Below, one piece after another: positions 11,955-23,879 of a DNA stretch of 64,000 nt. Within the stretch, counting starts at the first letter, position 1, and every line of letters begins with the position of its first letter. The notes under the pieces are model-generated. The model did not search any database. It was not told the DNA's origin and was given only the letters and a program-made list of their open reading frames with translations. This stretch comes from Camelus dromedarius (lineage: Eukaryota): contig NC_087472.1 in assembly GCF_036321535.1 (NCBI RefSeq), positions 101,806,001 to 101,870,000 of the forward strand. The letters run 5' to 3'. The translations under genes were made by a program, and so were the position numbers.

Positions 11955-13521
11955 GCCGAGAGACCTGGCTGATTACCCACTGACTGAACATCTTCTGAGC
12001 CCCCACTATGTGCCAGACCCACGTGTTGAGCCCAAAAGAAGATGTCTAATTTCTGCCTGATGAGTAGGGCAGAGGGAGATTTATGAAGCTGTTAAGTTAT
12101 AAACTATATGACCATCCTCACCACTTACTACTTTCTAGGAAGAAAAGAGAGAGAAAGATTTAAAAGTCCATTATAGCCTTCCTCAACAGCTGTCCCAGAG
12201 CCCCAGTGACATGTCCCCAGGCCATCTCTAAAACTAAATAAACAAAGGCTGCCCAGCTTCTTCTTTAGGCTACTGATAAAGTGTACTATATTTATCACAT
12301 GGTTTAACCCCACTAACCCCAGCTCTGAAAACTGAAGTCCTTCCCTGCCAATCCCCTACCTGACTCCGTTTCTTGGTCCCCACTCTCCCCTACTCCTATC
12401 CTCCCTAGAGTCATTCCTTCTGGCAGATAAATCAGAGCTCTGAATTCTCTTGTGATGTTGTAACAAGCTGGCAACGGGCATGACATGTAGCAGGGGAGGG
12501 CACAGGCGCCCCTAAACCAGAAATAATGAGATTTCTCTCTCAGAGGCAGCGTGAAATGAGAAGCAAAGAGGGAGGCAGCTGGAGATAGCAAAAGGACCAG
12601 GGAGCAGGAGGGGATGTGAGGGAGCTGGGGGCAGCTGTAACTCAGTTTGCGCTAACATGCTCTTAGAGGTGTGTGAGTTAGAGTGCATGCATCCCTGTGT
12701 GAGCACACATGTGTGACATGCACAGCTGTTAAACTAGAGATAACGAGCAGGAGATGCAGAAAAGGCCTATGGGAAAGGCTCCTGTCCAGTGATCACAGGC
12801 TGTTAGGCATCTCTGATTCCTCAGTGTTCACAATGGGCAGGGTGATTCATGGGAAGAAGTTGTACCAAGACGCAAACTTAGCCTAAAGGACAAAATAGAA
12901 AACAGGAAACAGAACAACCAGATAGATGGACAGACAGACACACAGGGAAAAATTAGAGTCAAGCTCTCAGGGAGCAAGTGGCTGCCAAGCTCTTATCTCC
13001 ATTGCAGCAACTGCAGGTCACTCTCTGGAGGAACCGGGGGCTGGGACCTGCTCTCTTTCTTGGCTTGTTATCTGAGTGACATTCATTCTCAGTGTGGCTG
13101 GAAGCCAGTGGAACACTAGTCTACGCTGAGAGTCTTGACTTCTTTCTAAATTGATCCAGGCAGGGTGTCTGCTCTGGGACTGGTTTTCTTCTTGGCCCTC
13201 CTGCCCCACATTTCTGAATGGCTATGGGGCTGTGAGCACAGCGCAGTTCAGCAGTTAGAGGAGGATAAAAAGGCAGTCTGCAGCCCTCTACCCCAGGGGT
13301 TTACAAGTGGATGAATTACACTGATTCACCCTTCTCTTCTCTGTCTCCATTCCTCTATCCCCTTCTCCCAATCCCCTCATCCTTCTGTGTTCTAGAAATT
13401 AGGGCTCATTCCAGGGCAGGAAGGAGAGGAATGCAGGGAGATTTCCTAGTTCCCCAGGTCCAGGAAGATGGCATTTGAAAGGTCCTCTGGCTGAGGACCT
13501 ATGGTTAGAGCATGATTGTGA

Positions 13522-13952
13522 TGTCGGGGTAGATGCTGTGGTTTTCCACACAGATACCCCATTCTAGATGGAGGTACTCCTTCCCCCAGCTGCTGGGAGC
13601 GTTGGCTGCTGAGGGCTCACAGCTGTAGCCTGCACTAGGAGTTGCCCTCTGTGGAAGGGAGCTGCCTCCCTCAGGGTTCACTCAGTCCCCTAATCAGGGG
13701 CAACCCACATCCAAGGACCAATCAATTGGAGGGCAAAAAGGCCCAACCCCTTTGCCTCAATTTGGGACAATTCTCAAGGGCCAACTCACCTTCAGAGTGG
13801 ACGTCTCTGTTGCGCTGCATAGCAGTCCAACTCCTCCCCCTGCCCATCCCCTACACCTCTTGATCCTGTGTTGATTCCACAGGCACCCCCAGTAAGCTTC
13901 CTGTACACAAACCTCCGTCTCAGAGTCTGTCCAGGGAACCCCACCTAAGACA
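13522..13952 (+). mobile_element. ERVL solo LTR (LTR16A-like)
   Basis: TG...CA termini. Internal cccccagctgctgggagcgttggctgctgagggctcacagctg...ctccgtctcagagtctgtccagggaaccccacctaagaca. Confidence 0.8.
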
Positions 13953-14235
13953 GTTGTTAGGAAAATAGCACATTCTCCTGAAACCATTTACCAACAAGAT
14001 TGTCCATTGAGCTTCAGGCTTAAATAGAATACATCAGAATTCAGTAAAACCCAGCTTCCTCAGCACACAGATTTGCATTGGATAAACCACCTAGTGGTTG
14101 GATTCAGAGAACAGAAAGAAGCAGTGTAAATTTTCAGTTCCACATGAGGCTACAAGGTCTACCATTTTCCTTGGATCCCAATTCATTTCAATCTTAAGTG
14201 GCAAATCTAGCTTTAACCACCATTAAATGCACTGC

Positions 14236-14798
14236 CTAAGGCACTGTCCTATGCAACTACAATGGAAGAATACAAGCACATATGTAACTTTACTTTTTCC
14301 AGTTGCCGTATTTAAAAAAGACAAAGAAATAAAAGAATCAGGTGAAATTAAGTTTAATAATGTATTCTATTTAACTCAGTATGTCTAAAATACTATCATT
14401 TCAACATGTGATCAATGTAAAAAATTACTAGTGAGATATTTCACATTCTCTTTTTCATATTAAGTCTTTGAAATCCTGTGTGTGTGTGTGTGTGTGTTTG
14501 TGTGTGTGGCTTTTTTTTTTTAACACCTAAAGCACATCTCATTTGGGGTGATAAATTTTCATCAGAAATACTTGATCTATATTTAGATTTCATGAAATAG
14601 ACAGTTGGAAAAGTAGATTCACAATACCAAAACTGCTCCAAAGATACACTTTTCCAATAACTGAATCAAGTATCAGTCTTTTAATTTAAATGAATTAAAA
14701 TGAAATAACATTAAACATTCAGCTCTTCAATCACGCTAGCCACCTTTCAAGTCTCCAACAGCCACCAGTGGCTGCCATATTGGACAGCACAGCCTTAG
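14236..14798. mobile_element. hAT-Charlie (MER33-related) DNA transposon with internal (TG)n
   Basis: Termini gcactgtcc...ttggacagcacagc, AT-rich interior ggtgaaattaagtttaataatgtattctatttaactc. Confidence 0.75.
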
Positions 14799-16899
14799 AG
14801 TTCTTGACAACTGAATATTCTGGGTCAATAATAAACTGGTTATTTAGCTGAGGAAAAAACAATCAGGTTACTCTTCCGACAGGAAGAAGCTCCCTCCCTC
14901 TCAGTGATCCGGCTTGCTCATACACGTCAAATCGTCCAGTACAAATGGGCCACTGCTCAAGAACGCCACACTTATCTCTATATGGACTCTTTGAAAAGAA
15001 TTCCCTCTACCACCACTTATTCTCTCCCACCACTTAGTAAGTTGGGTTCTCATTTTCCTTCTGGTATCTGTCAACATTTTACTGGCACGCTCGTGCTTCC
15101 TGGCTTGGCTTGATATTATTGATATTCTGTGGTAAATAAATCATGTGTGTTTACGTTAAAAGTTTTCACTCTGCATATCAATGGAAAACTTAATCTTCCC
15201 TACTCAAACTTGTAGTTAACATACTCTATTCCTTTGACACCTTTGAAAAAGTAGAATATCACCTTCTCCTGCTACAGCTGCTGTCTGGAACTTGAATTCC
15301 TTTTCCTAAAAGAAAACATTGCCTTCAGTATCACACACTGAGGGGCTGACCAGTGAAAACAGCTCTGCATACAGTGGCTAGAACATTCCACTGGATCACC
15401 GCACTTGGAGTCCAAAGAATCCACACTAACTCCTACTGGCCTCGACAAAGCACCCTATTCTGGGTTTCAGACGGTCTAGACACTGGACCCAAATACCTTT
15501 GTACACAGGATCTGCAGGGAACATTTCCTGTATTCACAGTTAGAGAGCATTTGGAGATAACCACTGACTTTTGACCTCTCAAGGTATACTGAAAGCTGTC
15601 CTGCCTTGCAGAGAATGTCTTGCTTATATTTGGAATCAAAGGGGGTTCCAGCTGGAAGGAACATTAGCAATCAGCTCATTGCTCGCTGTGGACCTCAATG
15701 GTTCGAGCCGGAAAAGTTGGACTCGGTGAAATTTTCAACTTAAGGAGGGCAGTCCAGAACCACTTTCACATTATCCTAAACAGCCCAAATGTGTCTGTCT
15801 CTCCCACTCTTGCTCTTCACCTCTCTCTCCCCCTTTCACTTTCTCTTTACTTCTTGCCCCCGATTTCCCTTAAGTCACAGACGATTCCCCCCCGCAAGAT
15901 GCAGAATCCCTGGTGCTCTCCCTGATCACATTTCACATATCAACTAAACGCCTTGATCTTAACACAAGTGGACATGGTGTCGGGAGACTCCCTGGGAAAA
16001 TCAAGCCTATCGGATTGCAAACCAAAGCCAGAATAAGACACAAGAATCTCCGAACAAATTTACGACCACTCCTCCACTGCTTTATAAGGCAGGGTTCATC
16101 AGATGACATTTCTGCTGTGAAATCATTCCGTGTTCTCCGGACTAAGATTTCACCCCAGAGGTTAAGTGCTTTAACTAGATATTAAGCTGCCATCAATCCC
16201 TCTCCTGCCCCCTACACACACGTCCCTATCCCTGAAGGTCCATGCACTGGATTCTCCTTGTCCACACAGGCTTTAATTCCTACTGGCTTGTACATGCAAT
16301 GGAAGAAACATCCCTTAGTGATGCGCCTTTTTATGGTTTGATTCTGACTCTGCTAATTTCCTAATTATAGAGATAGATGTTCTGTCTTGTTATTCTAATA
16401 TAGTTAGATTTCACTTAGACCCAGAGAAAAAAGCCTCAAAATGTGGTTTGAACTTTTTCATTCTAGCATAACCTTCATCTCACTATAGTTTTAATTACCA
16501 CAGTAAAATAATATAAGTAACACTGCAAACAATAGAAGACATTTGTTAGAAGGGAATTAACAAATGATACTATAACAGAAATCATACTCACAGGTTAGAA
16601 AGCAATCCAGAGCAACTGAAATGTTGTTTAAAAATACCTTGGTTTAAATGATAACTGTATAATCTGTTCCTTTAAAAAAAATCTAAGTGTTGTTCTTTTC
16701 CACCCCAGTGGTCCATGTAAAGCCAGGAGGGCAGGAGAAGGGGAAACTCAAACCACAGACTCCCAGACATGAGGGTTCAAGGTCTAACCTAGTCAGTAGG
16801 CCTCATCACAGTTGTGGTTGGCTATGATCTCAGCACTCAAACAATCTTTAATGTGCGGAGATAAAACAGACATATACAAACCAGAGTAAAGAAATACAG

Positions 16900-17060
16900 A
16901 GCTGAACAAGAAGAAAGGCATGGAATAAAAGGCTCAACCAAACCAAAAGCTGGTTCTTTGAAAAGCCTAATTAAAAGATAAACCTCTGGCAAGAACAGTC
17001 AGAAAAAAAAAAGGCAAAAATAAGTAATATTGGAAATGGGAAAGGATAAAGCACAGAAGA
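16900..17060 (+). mobile_element. Old L1 ORF2 internal fragment
   Basis: aaccaaaagctggttctttgaaaag...gataaacctctggcaaga encodes the L1 ORF2 TKSWFFEK...DKPLAR motif. Confidence 0.75.
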
Positions 17061-17129
17061 ATTTCCCCCATTAAATATTGGCTCCAGCTCCCTTCTTTGG
17101 GTATCGATTTTCTGAATTTTAAAGCCAGT

Positions 17130-17515
17130 TTCATTCATTCATTCAAAATTTATTGATATGCCAGGGATACACAATGATCAAAAAAAAAAAAAAAAACCCA
17201 GCACATCTGAAACCTACCTTGTCTGTCGACTGACATAAAACAAACAAAGCAAATCAATATATCACATGCCCTATCAGAAGTACCTGGAAGCAAAGTAGAG
17301 CAGGTCAGGAAGTGGAAAGCACTGAAGAGTTAATTTTATATAGGGAGGTCAGAAAAGGTCTTGTTTAATTTGGTGGCTGTGAACAGAGCCCTGAAGGAAA
17401 TGAGAAAGCAAGCCATGAGAATATGTGGGAAAAGAATTCCAGCTGGAAAGGACAGCAGGTGCAAAGGTCCTGAGGCACATTGAGGAGGCTGATGTGGCTA
17501 GAGCACAGTGAGGGG
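17130..17515 (-). mobile_element. L2 LINE fragment
   Basis: tcattcattcattcaa...gggaggtcagaaaaggtct...gaattccagctggaaaggacagcaggtgcaaaggtcctgaggc. Confidence 0.8.
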
Positions 17516-17566
17516 GCAGGGGTATCTGAGCAACGAGAATGACAAAATAAGGGCTAGCAATATTTA

Positions 17567-17708
17567 ATTTGGTTTTTTTTTTTTTTTTTTTGGCAGGAGG
17601 AGGTAATTAGGTTTACTTACTTAATTTTTTCATGGAGGTACTGGATTGAACCCAGGACCTCACGCATGCTACGCATGTACCCTACCACTGAGCTCTACCC
17701 TCCCCACC
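17567..17708 (-). mobile_element. tRNA-Ala-derived SINE (camelid Vic-1-like)
   Basis: Minus strand reads gggagggtagagctcagtggtag...gcatgcgtgaggtcctgggttcaatccagtacctcca (A and B boxes), then a poly(A) tail. 18-bp TSD aagggctag(c/t)aatattta at 17549-17566 and 17709-17726. Confidence 0.9.
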
Positions 17709-18029
17709 AAGGGCTAGTAATATTTACCAAGCTTATCTCACAGGTTTCCAGCTACAATCACAGGAGACTGAGCACATAGAAGGGCAAATACAAAGGGTTA
17801 GATTCTGCTCTGAATGGACTTCAAAAGGGGAAAAAAGAGGTGAGGGGAATCATTTTTATTCGGGCCTGTCTCTATGGTACCGTGGCTTCTTGGGCAATAG
17901 CTTGACTAGAGAAATTAAAATTGGACCTAAAGGGTCAACCATGGTCACCATAATGTATCCCACATGCCCATGACAGTCTGAGAGATTGTGACATGGGCAG
18001 TGTGTGGGAGCAGAATGTTCTGGTTTGGA

Positions 18030-18225
18030 TAATTAAGGAGAGGAGTCCTAGAGTCAGACTGCCTGGGTTCAGCTTTTAGATGTGTGTCCTTAGGAATGTC
18101 ACCTAACTGCTTTACCCTTTAGTCTCCTCAGCTGTAAAACAGGGACAAGGACATTGCTGCTGACGTGAGGACAGAGGGAAGGAATGCCCGTAAAGCATCA
18201 GCACTGTCCGGGCACCAGCCTTCCT
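18030..18225 (+). mobile_element. MIR SINE (3' part GC-shifted)
   Basis: ctagagtcagactgcctgggttc...agtctcctcagctgtaaaacagggac...gtaaagcatcagcactgtccgggcac. Confidence 0.75.
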
Positions 18226-18270
18226 AACGCTGCCATGGAGGCCTGTTTTCCCCTCTCTTAACCAAAATCA

Positions 18271-18480
18271 CCTGTTTCCAAACTTTTTTTTTTAAACTAC
18301 AGAACTCACTCTGAAAGCAAATTATGTGGAATTTCAACACTGTCGATAAGCTGGATAAAAGGGGCGCTGCTCCTGTGAAGGCGGAGAATCCGCGGGCCCC
18401 ACCCGAGCGCCCCCGCCCCCCGTGCCTCCGGGAAGCCCCTGAGCTCAGAGCGTGGAGGGGGCAGAATCAGGAAAACACCA
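18271..18480. mobile_element. hAT-Charlie MITE (MER103-like), CpG-rich
   Basis: tgtttccaaactttttt...ggataaaaggggcgctgctc...gaaggcgg...gaaaacacca. Family recalled from memory. Confidence 0.5.
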
Positions 18481-18564
18481 ACCAGGAGGCCCCTCCAGTC
18501 CTAAACTGCCATTGCTACCTTCACCTATAGAAGGTGGCGGGATGGAGGGACAAAACAAGATTTC

Positions 18565-19125
18565 TGGCTAAAAAGTCCCTCTTGAATGATCCAGAATTTC
18601 CTCCCTTGGATATATACACAGACATCCAAAAGACATGCAAACACATGTTCTCTCCAAGTCATGCACAAGAATGTTCATGGAAGCGCTATGAGAAATAGCT
18701 CGAAACCAGAGAAGACCCAAACGCCCACGGACAATAGGCTGCATGAATAAAAGCATCGCGGCCTATCAGCAGCATGGAATGCGCTACAGCCATGCGGACG
18801 GGTGAGCAGTGCTGAACCCTGCGACAGGGCTGACTCTCCCAGACACGCGTTGAGCAGAAGAGGCCAGATACAAAAAGGCACATACTGTATGACTCCACTG
18901 AGATTAAGTACGAAAACAAGCAAAATTCATCTGTGGTGTTAGAAGTCAGAATAATGGTTATCCTGTGGGTGGGGTGGGGGGATGGTGTGGGGTTCGCGGC
19001 AAGGAGGGCTTCTGGGTGCTGGGAACATTCTGTTGCTTGTTCTGGGTTGAGCTTATGAAAATTCATCAAGCTATACTGTTAACTGTCGTCCCCTTTTCTA
19101 CGCTGATATATTTCGATTTTAAAAT
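18565..19125 (+). mobile_element. Old L1M (L1ME-type) 3' region, unusually GC/CpG-rich
   Basis: Colinear with other L1M copies in the window (acaagaatgttcat...cacatactgtatgactcca...tggtgttagaagtcagaataatggttatcct...aaaattcatcaagctatac). Confidence 0.85.
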
Positions 19126-19134
19126 GTTCCTATA

Positions 19135-19213
19135 GGACTGAAGCACTGTGCTGTACAGCAGGAACTGACACAACATTGTAAACTGACTATACTTCAATAA
19201 AAATATTTTTTAA
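19135..19213 (+). mobile_element. Short L1 3' terminal fragment
   Basis: tgctgtacagcaggaactgacacaacattgtaaactgactatacttcaataaaa. Confidence 0.8.
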
Positions 19214-19433
19214 AGTATTGGAAAAGAACTCTGATGTGAACTCGACCCTCACATGATCACTGGTTTGGGTTCCACAGCCAGGATGTCCCCCTCTCTCAAG
19301 TCCTCTGAACAGCTTGCTGGGAGTGAACAGGGAGGCAAGCCTCATCCTGACAGACCCTTGCTTCTTTCAGGCCACCCTGTATGTGGCTGAACTGCCAAAG
19401 GCTCACACCTCAAGCTGCAAGAGGAAGGTTTTA

Positions 19434-19629
19434 TTTTATTTTATTTTACTTAAGTATAGTTGATTTACAATGTTGTGTTGGTTTCTGGTACACATGTGAT
19501 TCAGTTATACATATATATATTCTTTTTAATTATAGGTTATTACAAGCTATTGAATATAGTTCCCTGTGCTATACAGTAAGACCTTGCTGTTTATCTATTT
19601 TATATATAGTAGCGTGTATCTGCAAATCC
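19434..19629 (-). mobile_element. L1 3' end with TSD
   Basis: Reverse of the cetartiodactyl L1 tail. 16-bp TSD caagag(g/a)aaggtttta at 19418-19433 and 19630-19645. Confidence 0.9.
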
Positions 19630-22600
19630 CAAGAGAAAGGTTTTAGAGTATTATACAAACTGTGATGGTTGGTGAGGGATTTGTTTGAAATGTCATGGAA
19701 AGCTTATTCCTTATCTTTTTTAAAAAAAAACAATGGCAAATAGCGCTATAGGAAGAACCAGCAGTGGATGGGGTAGGTGAGACTACGTGTATGGATTCCA
19801 CGCCGTATGTAGAAATCACATGGTTTTGTTTCTTTGGTCTATTACAGTAGATCAATGTGTCCAGTTTTATATGTTCACAATACAAGCAGAAACAGCCCAT
19901 TCCCAAATGCCCAGGGTAGGAGTAAGTATGCTGAGAGGTACAAATCAATTATGATGATTTATATTAATGTGTTCAAATCCACAAGTTTGTTCTTTCCCAT
20001 GAAGAGTCTGTAAGTATATTTTACATGCTTTGAATTGACCAACTACTTTAAAAGCCAATTAATTAGGTTGAAACCTTGGCCCCTATCAATTATATGATAT
20101 GTCGTATTCATAAAACTTTTTTGATTCCAATTTTATTTACACAACACAGATCTGACTGTCCGATCACTCCAGAAATATTTTTGGTTAAGAAAAAGTCCTT
20201 GTGTGGATTTTGCTTGGTTTTGTTTTCCTTTTTGCTTCTTCTGTCGAAATTTAGATTATTCAATTATTGGGTTAAGAGCCAATTAATTAGTGAAATGGTA
20301 ATTAATTTAAAATTTAAAAACATATATCTCGGGGAATAACTTTAAGTGAGAAAATTGAAGTTCTAAGAATATGCTCAATTATAATTGGCAAAACCATCAT
20401 TTGGAAGAATGACAAACTAAAAATCCAATTTTGACCACTATGAAGGTTGATGTCACCTCTCTATGACCCCCACCATCAAGAAAAAGTCCTGATGTAGCAG
20501 GAACCTATATGCCCAACTCTGTTACCATGCACCCTTACTAAGTTCATCTGCTTAGTTTGAAATGAAACCAAGAGATGAGATGCTGTGTTTGTCACTGTAA
20601 GGAAAAGAGCAAGAATTTGGGAAACCTGATGCATCCCCTGTAGTAAGAGTACTTTTCCATGTCTTCTTTAGAAATTTTAAGAAAGAGACCATCTTTGTTC
20701 ATCAGGAGCATTGAGTTAATGTAGGGGACAAGAGAAATTAGGAAACAGATGGCAGAGCAGAAAGATCCCTGGATCAGGAGGGCATCTGGTGACCAGGACA
20801 GTTCCTGTCATCTGTCACCACGGCTAAGGGCCTTGTAAGCTCTCCCAACATGGGACTAGATGCTGAGTACTAGGGCCAATAAAAAGGAAGCCTCCACTCC
20901 ACATGGAGCCACTGGCCATTATCCATTAACAGTTGGTTCAAAGGGACATCCAGGGCTTCCATGTGACTGCAAGTGTGATTTCTTCAATGGAAGCCCAGGA
21001 AAGGAACCTGGGCATGAAAAGGGCATCCTGTTTCTCCCATTATGGGATCAAACACATCAAATGAGCTTCTATCACCTGTAAAGGTACAGTCAATAGCATA
21101 AAAATTGGATGGGTGCATTGCCCAGGGCAAGAAGGTCTGTGTTTTGGGACTGCATGAAAATCCCTCTCAGAGATGACAATAAAATAAAGGAGATGTTAGG
21201 GGTCTAGAGGCTGGATAACAGATCTACTAGCAACAACTCCTTCCTCAGCGATGCAAAGAAACTTTCTGTTCCTCCTTTCCATTTTATTGTTGACAAGATT
21301 ACAGTAAGATTATTTTCAGACTTGCTTCTTTCCACTAAGAGGTGCTTGACTCTCCCACCTCAGGCCACCTCCTTCCACTCAAACCCTGCTTAATACACAG
21401 ACCTCACTTTTCTACTGATCCATCAGGCCTGAATGAAACATCATTACACAATGTTGAGTTATATACCAATCCTCCCTGGGAAGTTGCTTTGTATCACCTA
21501 ATTCTAACCTGTCTTGGGCACTGAGATCCTTACTAACACCCTAATATCAAGACATTCCTTAAAATACCTGAGGACAACAAATTGGATTTTTCCAGACTTT
21601 CTGCATCTGTTTTCCAACCACTTCCATATGGCATTTCTGACTCCCCTTCCCCAGCCTCGCCCGCCTGTAGCTCTCTCGTGGTCAATGAGGTAAATATGAT
21701 GCCCGCCAGGGCAAGAGGGCAAAACTTAATTTGATTACCCCCCACAATCAGCATATGTGTGCTGTATGCCTTCGTAGGAAGGCACACGCGTGTGCACACA
21801 TGTCATTTTTACAGCACACACGTACACATCCAGTATCACAGCTAATCACCATATGCCAGACACTCCAATTCCATTAAGGACCAAGGGGAGGCCATCCATG
21901 AAAGAAAGGACAAGCAAAAGGCTACATCCCCCGGGGCCACGAGGGCCCTGCTGGGTAAGCACCTAGCCAGATGTAAACACCCCCAGGGAAATGTATATAA
22001 AACAGCTTTAGCGTGTTGGACGTTATTGTGATAAACTAGCACCACCCGTTGAAGAACTTGATGCGTTAAAAATAGACAAGGCAAATAGACAAATGGAAAT
22101 TTCTGCACATGCAAGTACGAAAAGGTGAAAGACAAGAATAAACACAAAATGATGGGTTCCCAGAGAAAGAAAATACTCTTCTAGATTGTAGCTTTCCTTG
22201 TGTAAAGAGTACTTTTTTTCCCCCCTAGATGAGCAGATTCTTCTGAGATGCAGGCAATCCTGTTCTTGAGCCTCCACCTACAGCTCCAGAAATCGGAGCA
22301 ATTAGCCGAAGGGAACTTCTTTTTTCCTTCCCCTCCACAAAAACCATTACAAGTATTAACAATGGACAACATCACCCCCATCCGAGCCCCACACTGACGA
22401 GGGCACAAAGAACCCTTTCCTTTCATGCTGTCTGCTGCTGTCTTGACCACATATGACACACGGAAAAGAAATTTCGGAGGCCTCCAAAGTGCTACTTTAA
22501 TTCTTTCCATATTTTTTGCTCCGGGCCCTTTACGAAGACTTTTATGAGCTGAACAGCGGATTACATCGTTTATTGGCCCTGCAGCATCATCGTACTCTCA

Positions 22601-23879
22601 CCAAATCCATACAAAAGCTCCTGAGTCTTGGTCAAACTCTGCACCCCAGACACCTTACTATCCACATCTGTAACCGCTCAAACCACCTTAACCTTGAAAC
22701 ATGGGTCTGCTTTCTCACTGTGGTCCTCAGCAGCTCTCCCGGCCCCAGTGAAAACACATGCGTGCATCTGTGACTCACTGGCTGTGGTGAGTGCTCTCAC
22801 AACCTGGCAGCAAGGTTGTGCCCATTTTCTGTTCCACATCTGACTTCCCAGGAATTGAAGGCATTTTTGCAGCTAGTGTCCAAATATTGCCGGCTAGAGC
22901 ATCAGATCGTATCTGCCTGGAAGAACCACCATAAAGGCCAGGCGCAAAACCTCCCAGTGGGGAGCCAGCCACCTCGTGAGTCAAAAAGCTGCTTTTTCAC
23001 AAGCCTTAAATGGTCACTGGGCCACCCCCTGATCCCTAAGAGCCTTCACTCATCTTCCTTTAGAATTCCATCCATCCTGCAGAAAAATCCAAAAGGAAAA
23101 ATATGAAAAGTGAAGGACCCCAACAGGTCACTGCCACCTTGGAATGTCAGCTTCAATAATGTCTCGTTTGTCTGCCATCTCAGGGTATGAGGTGCTCCAC
23201 CTAAGAAACATTAACATTACCACCATCATCATCTATGACAATCTTTCCAAATCACGTTATTTAACTCCTTCCCTGATCCACAAAGCATCTGAACATTAGA
23301 TTATGTTCTCACCAAAAAGCAACTACTCTACCAAGCAGTTAAGACAGTGACCCCCCCCCCACCGCACCCAGGAGCTACGGAGCTTCTTAGGGCCTATTGG
23401 TCCCTACACTAAACACCCCTATACACTCATACTTCGAGTTCTTGTACTTTTGGTAGACTAGTTCTGAGTCTTCCTTCAATGTCCAATACTAGTGCCTTTA
23501 TAAGCCATTTTCAGACTTTTTGACCTATTCCTGCTTTATTTGCTTGGCTGATCTATACGAGGTAGGAAACCAGAAGAGTAAGCTTGTGAACATCGTGAGG
23601 GCACCACATCACACACTCCGGTGCACCCACGTGCATGGCCCCTGGAGTACAGACTGTGTGCAATCAATTCTGCGAGGTACAGTGGACAGCAAACTAATAA
23701 ACTCCCCTGGCAAATGCATGGGTTTTGTGATGACAACTCTACTGCATCTCTAGATGCCCGTTTTTCTTTTTCTTTATTATCACCTATGTTCTGGAGAGTT
23801 CCCAGATCCCCCCACCCCTGCATCACTTTAAACTGAGACTATGAAATAAAGTCTGGAGAAATGAAATGATGCTGTGAAT

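Noticed and set aside
15490..15655. Possible minus-strand coding exon (AGTPFDSKYKQDIL...)
   Set aside because: Weak donor (aag|gtattt), short pyrimidine tract and an unrecognised peptide.
18360..18460. CpG-island promoter
   Set aside because: The dense CpG core is only ~100 bp and lies inside a transposon relic. It is treated as part of the GC-shifted tract.
21752..21803. Imperfect hairpin around tgccttc-gtag-gaaggca
   Set aside because: The loop is only 4 nt and the outer pairing comes from TG/CA low-complexity sequence, so it is not pre-miRNA-like.
21970..21990. tgtaaacacccc, resembling the miR-30 5' end
   Set aside because: The match does not extend over a mature miRNA and there is no complementary hairpin arm.
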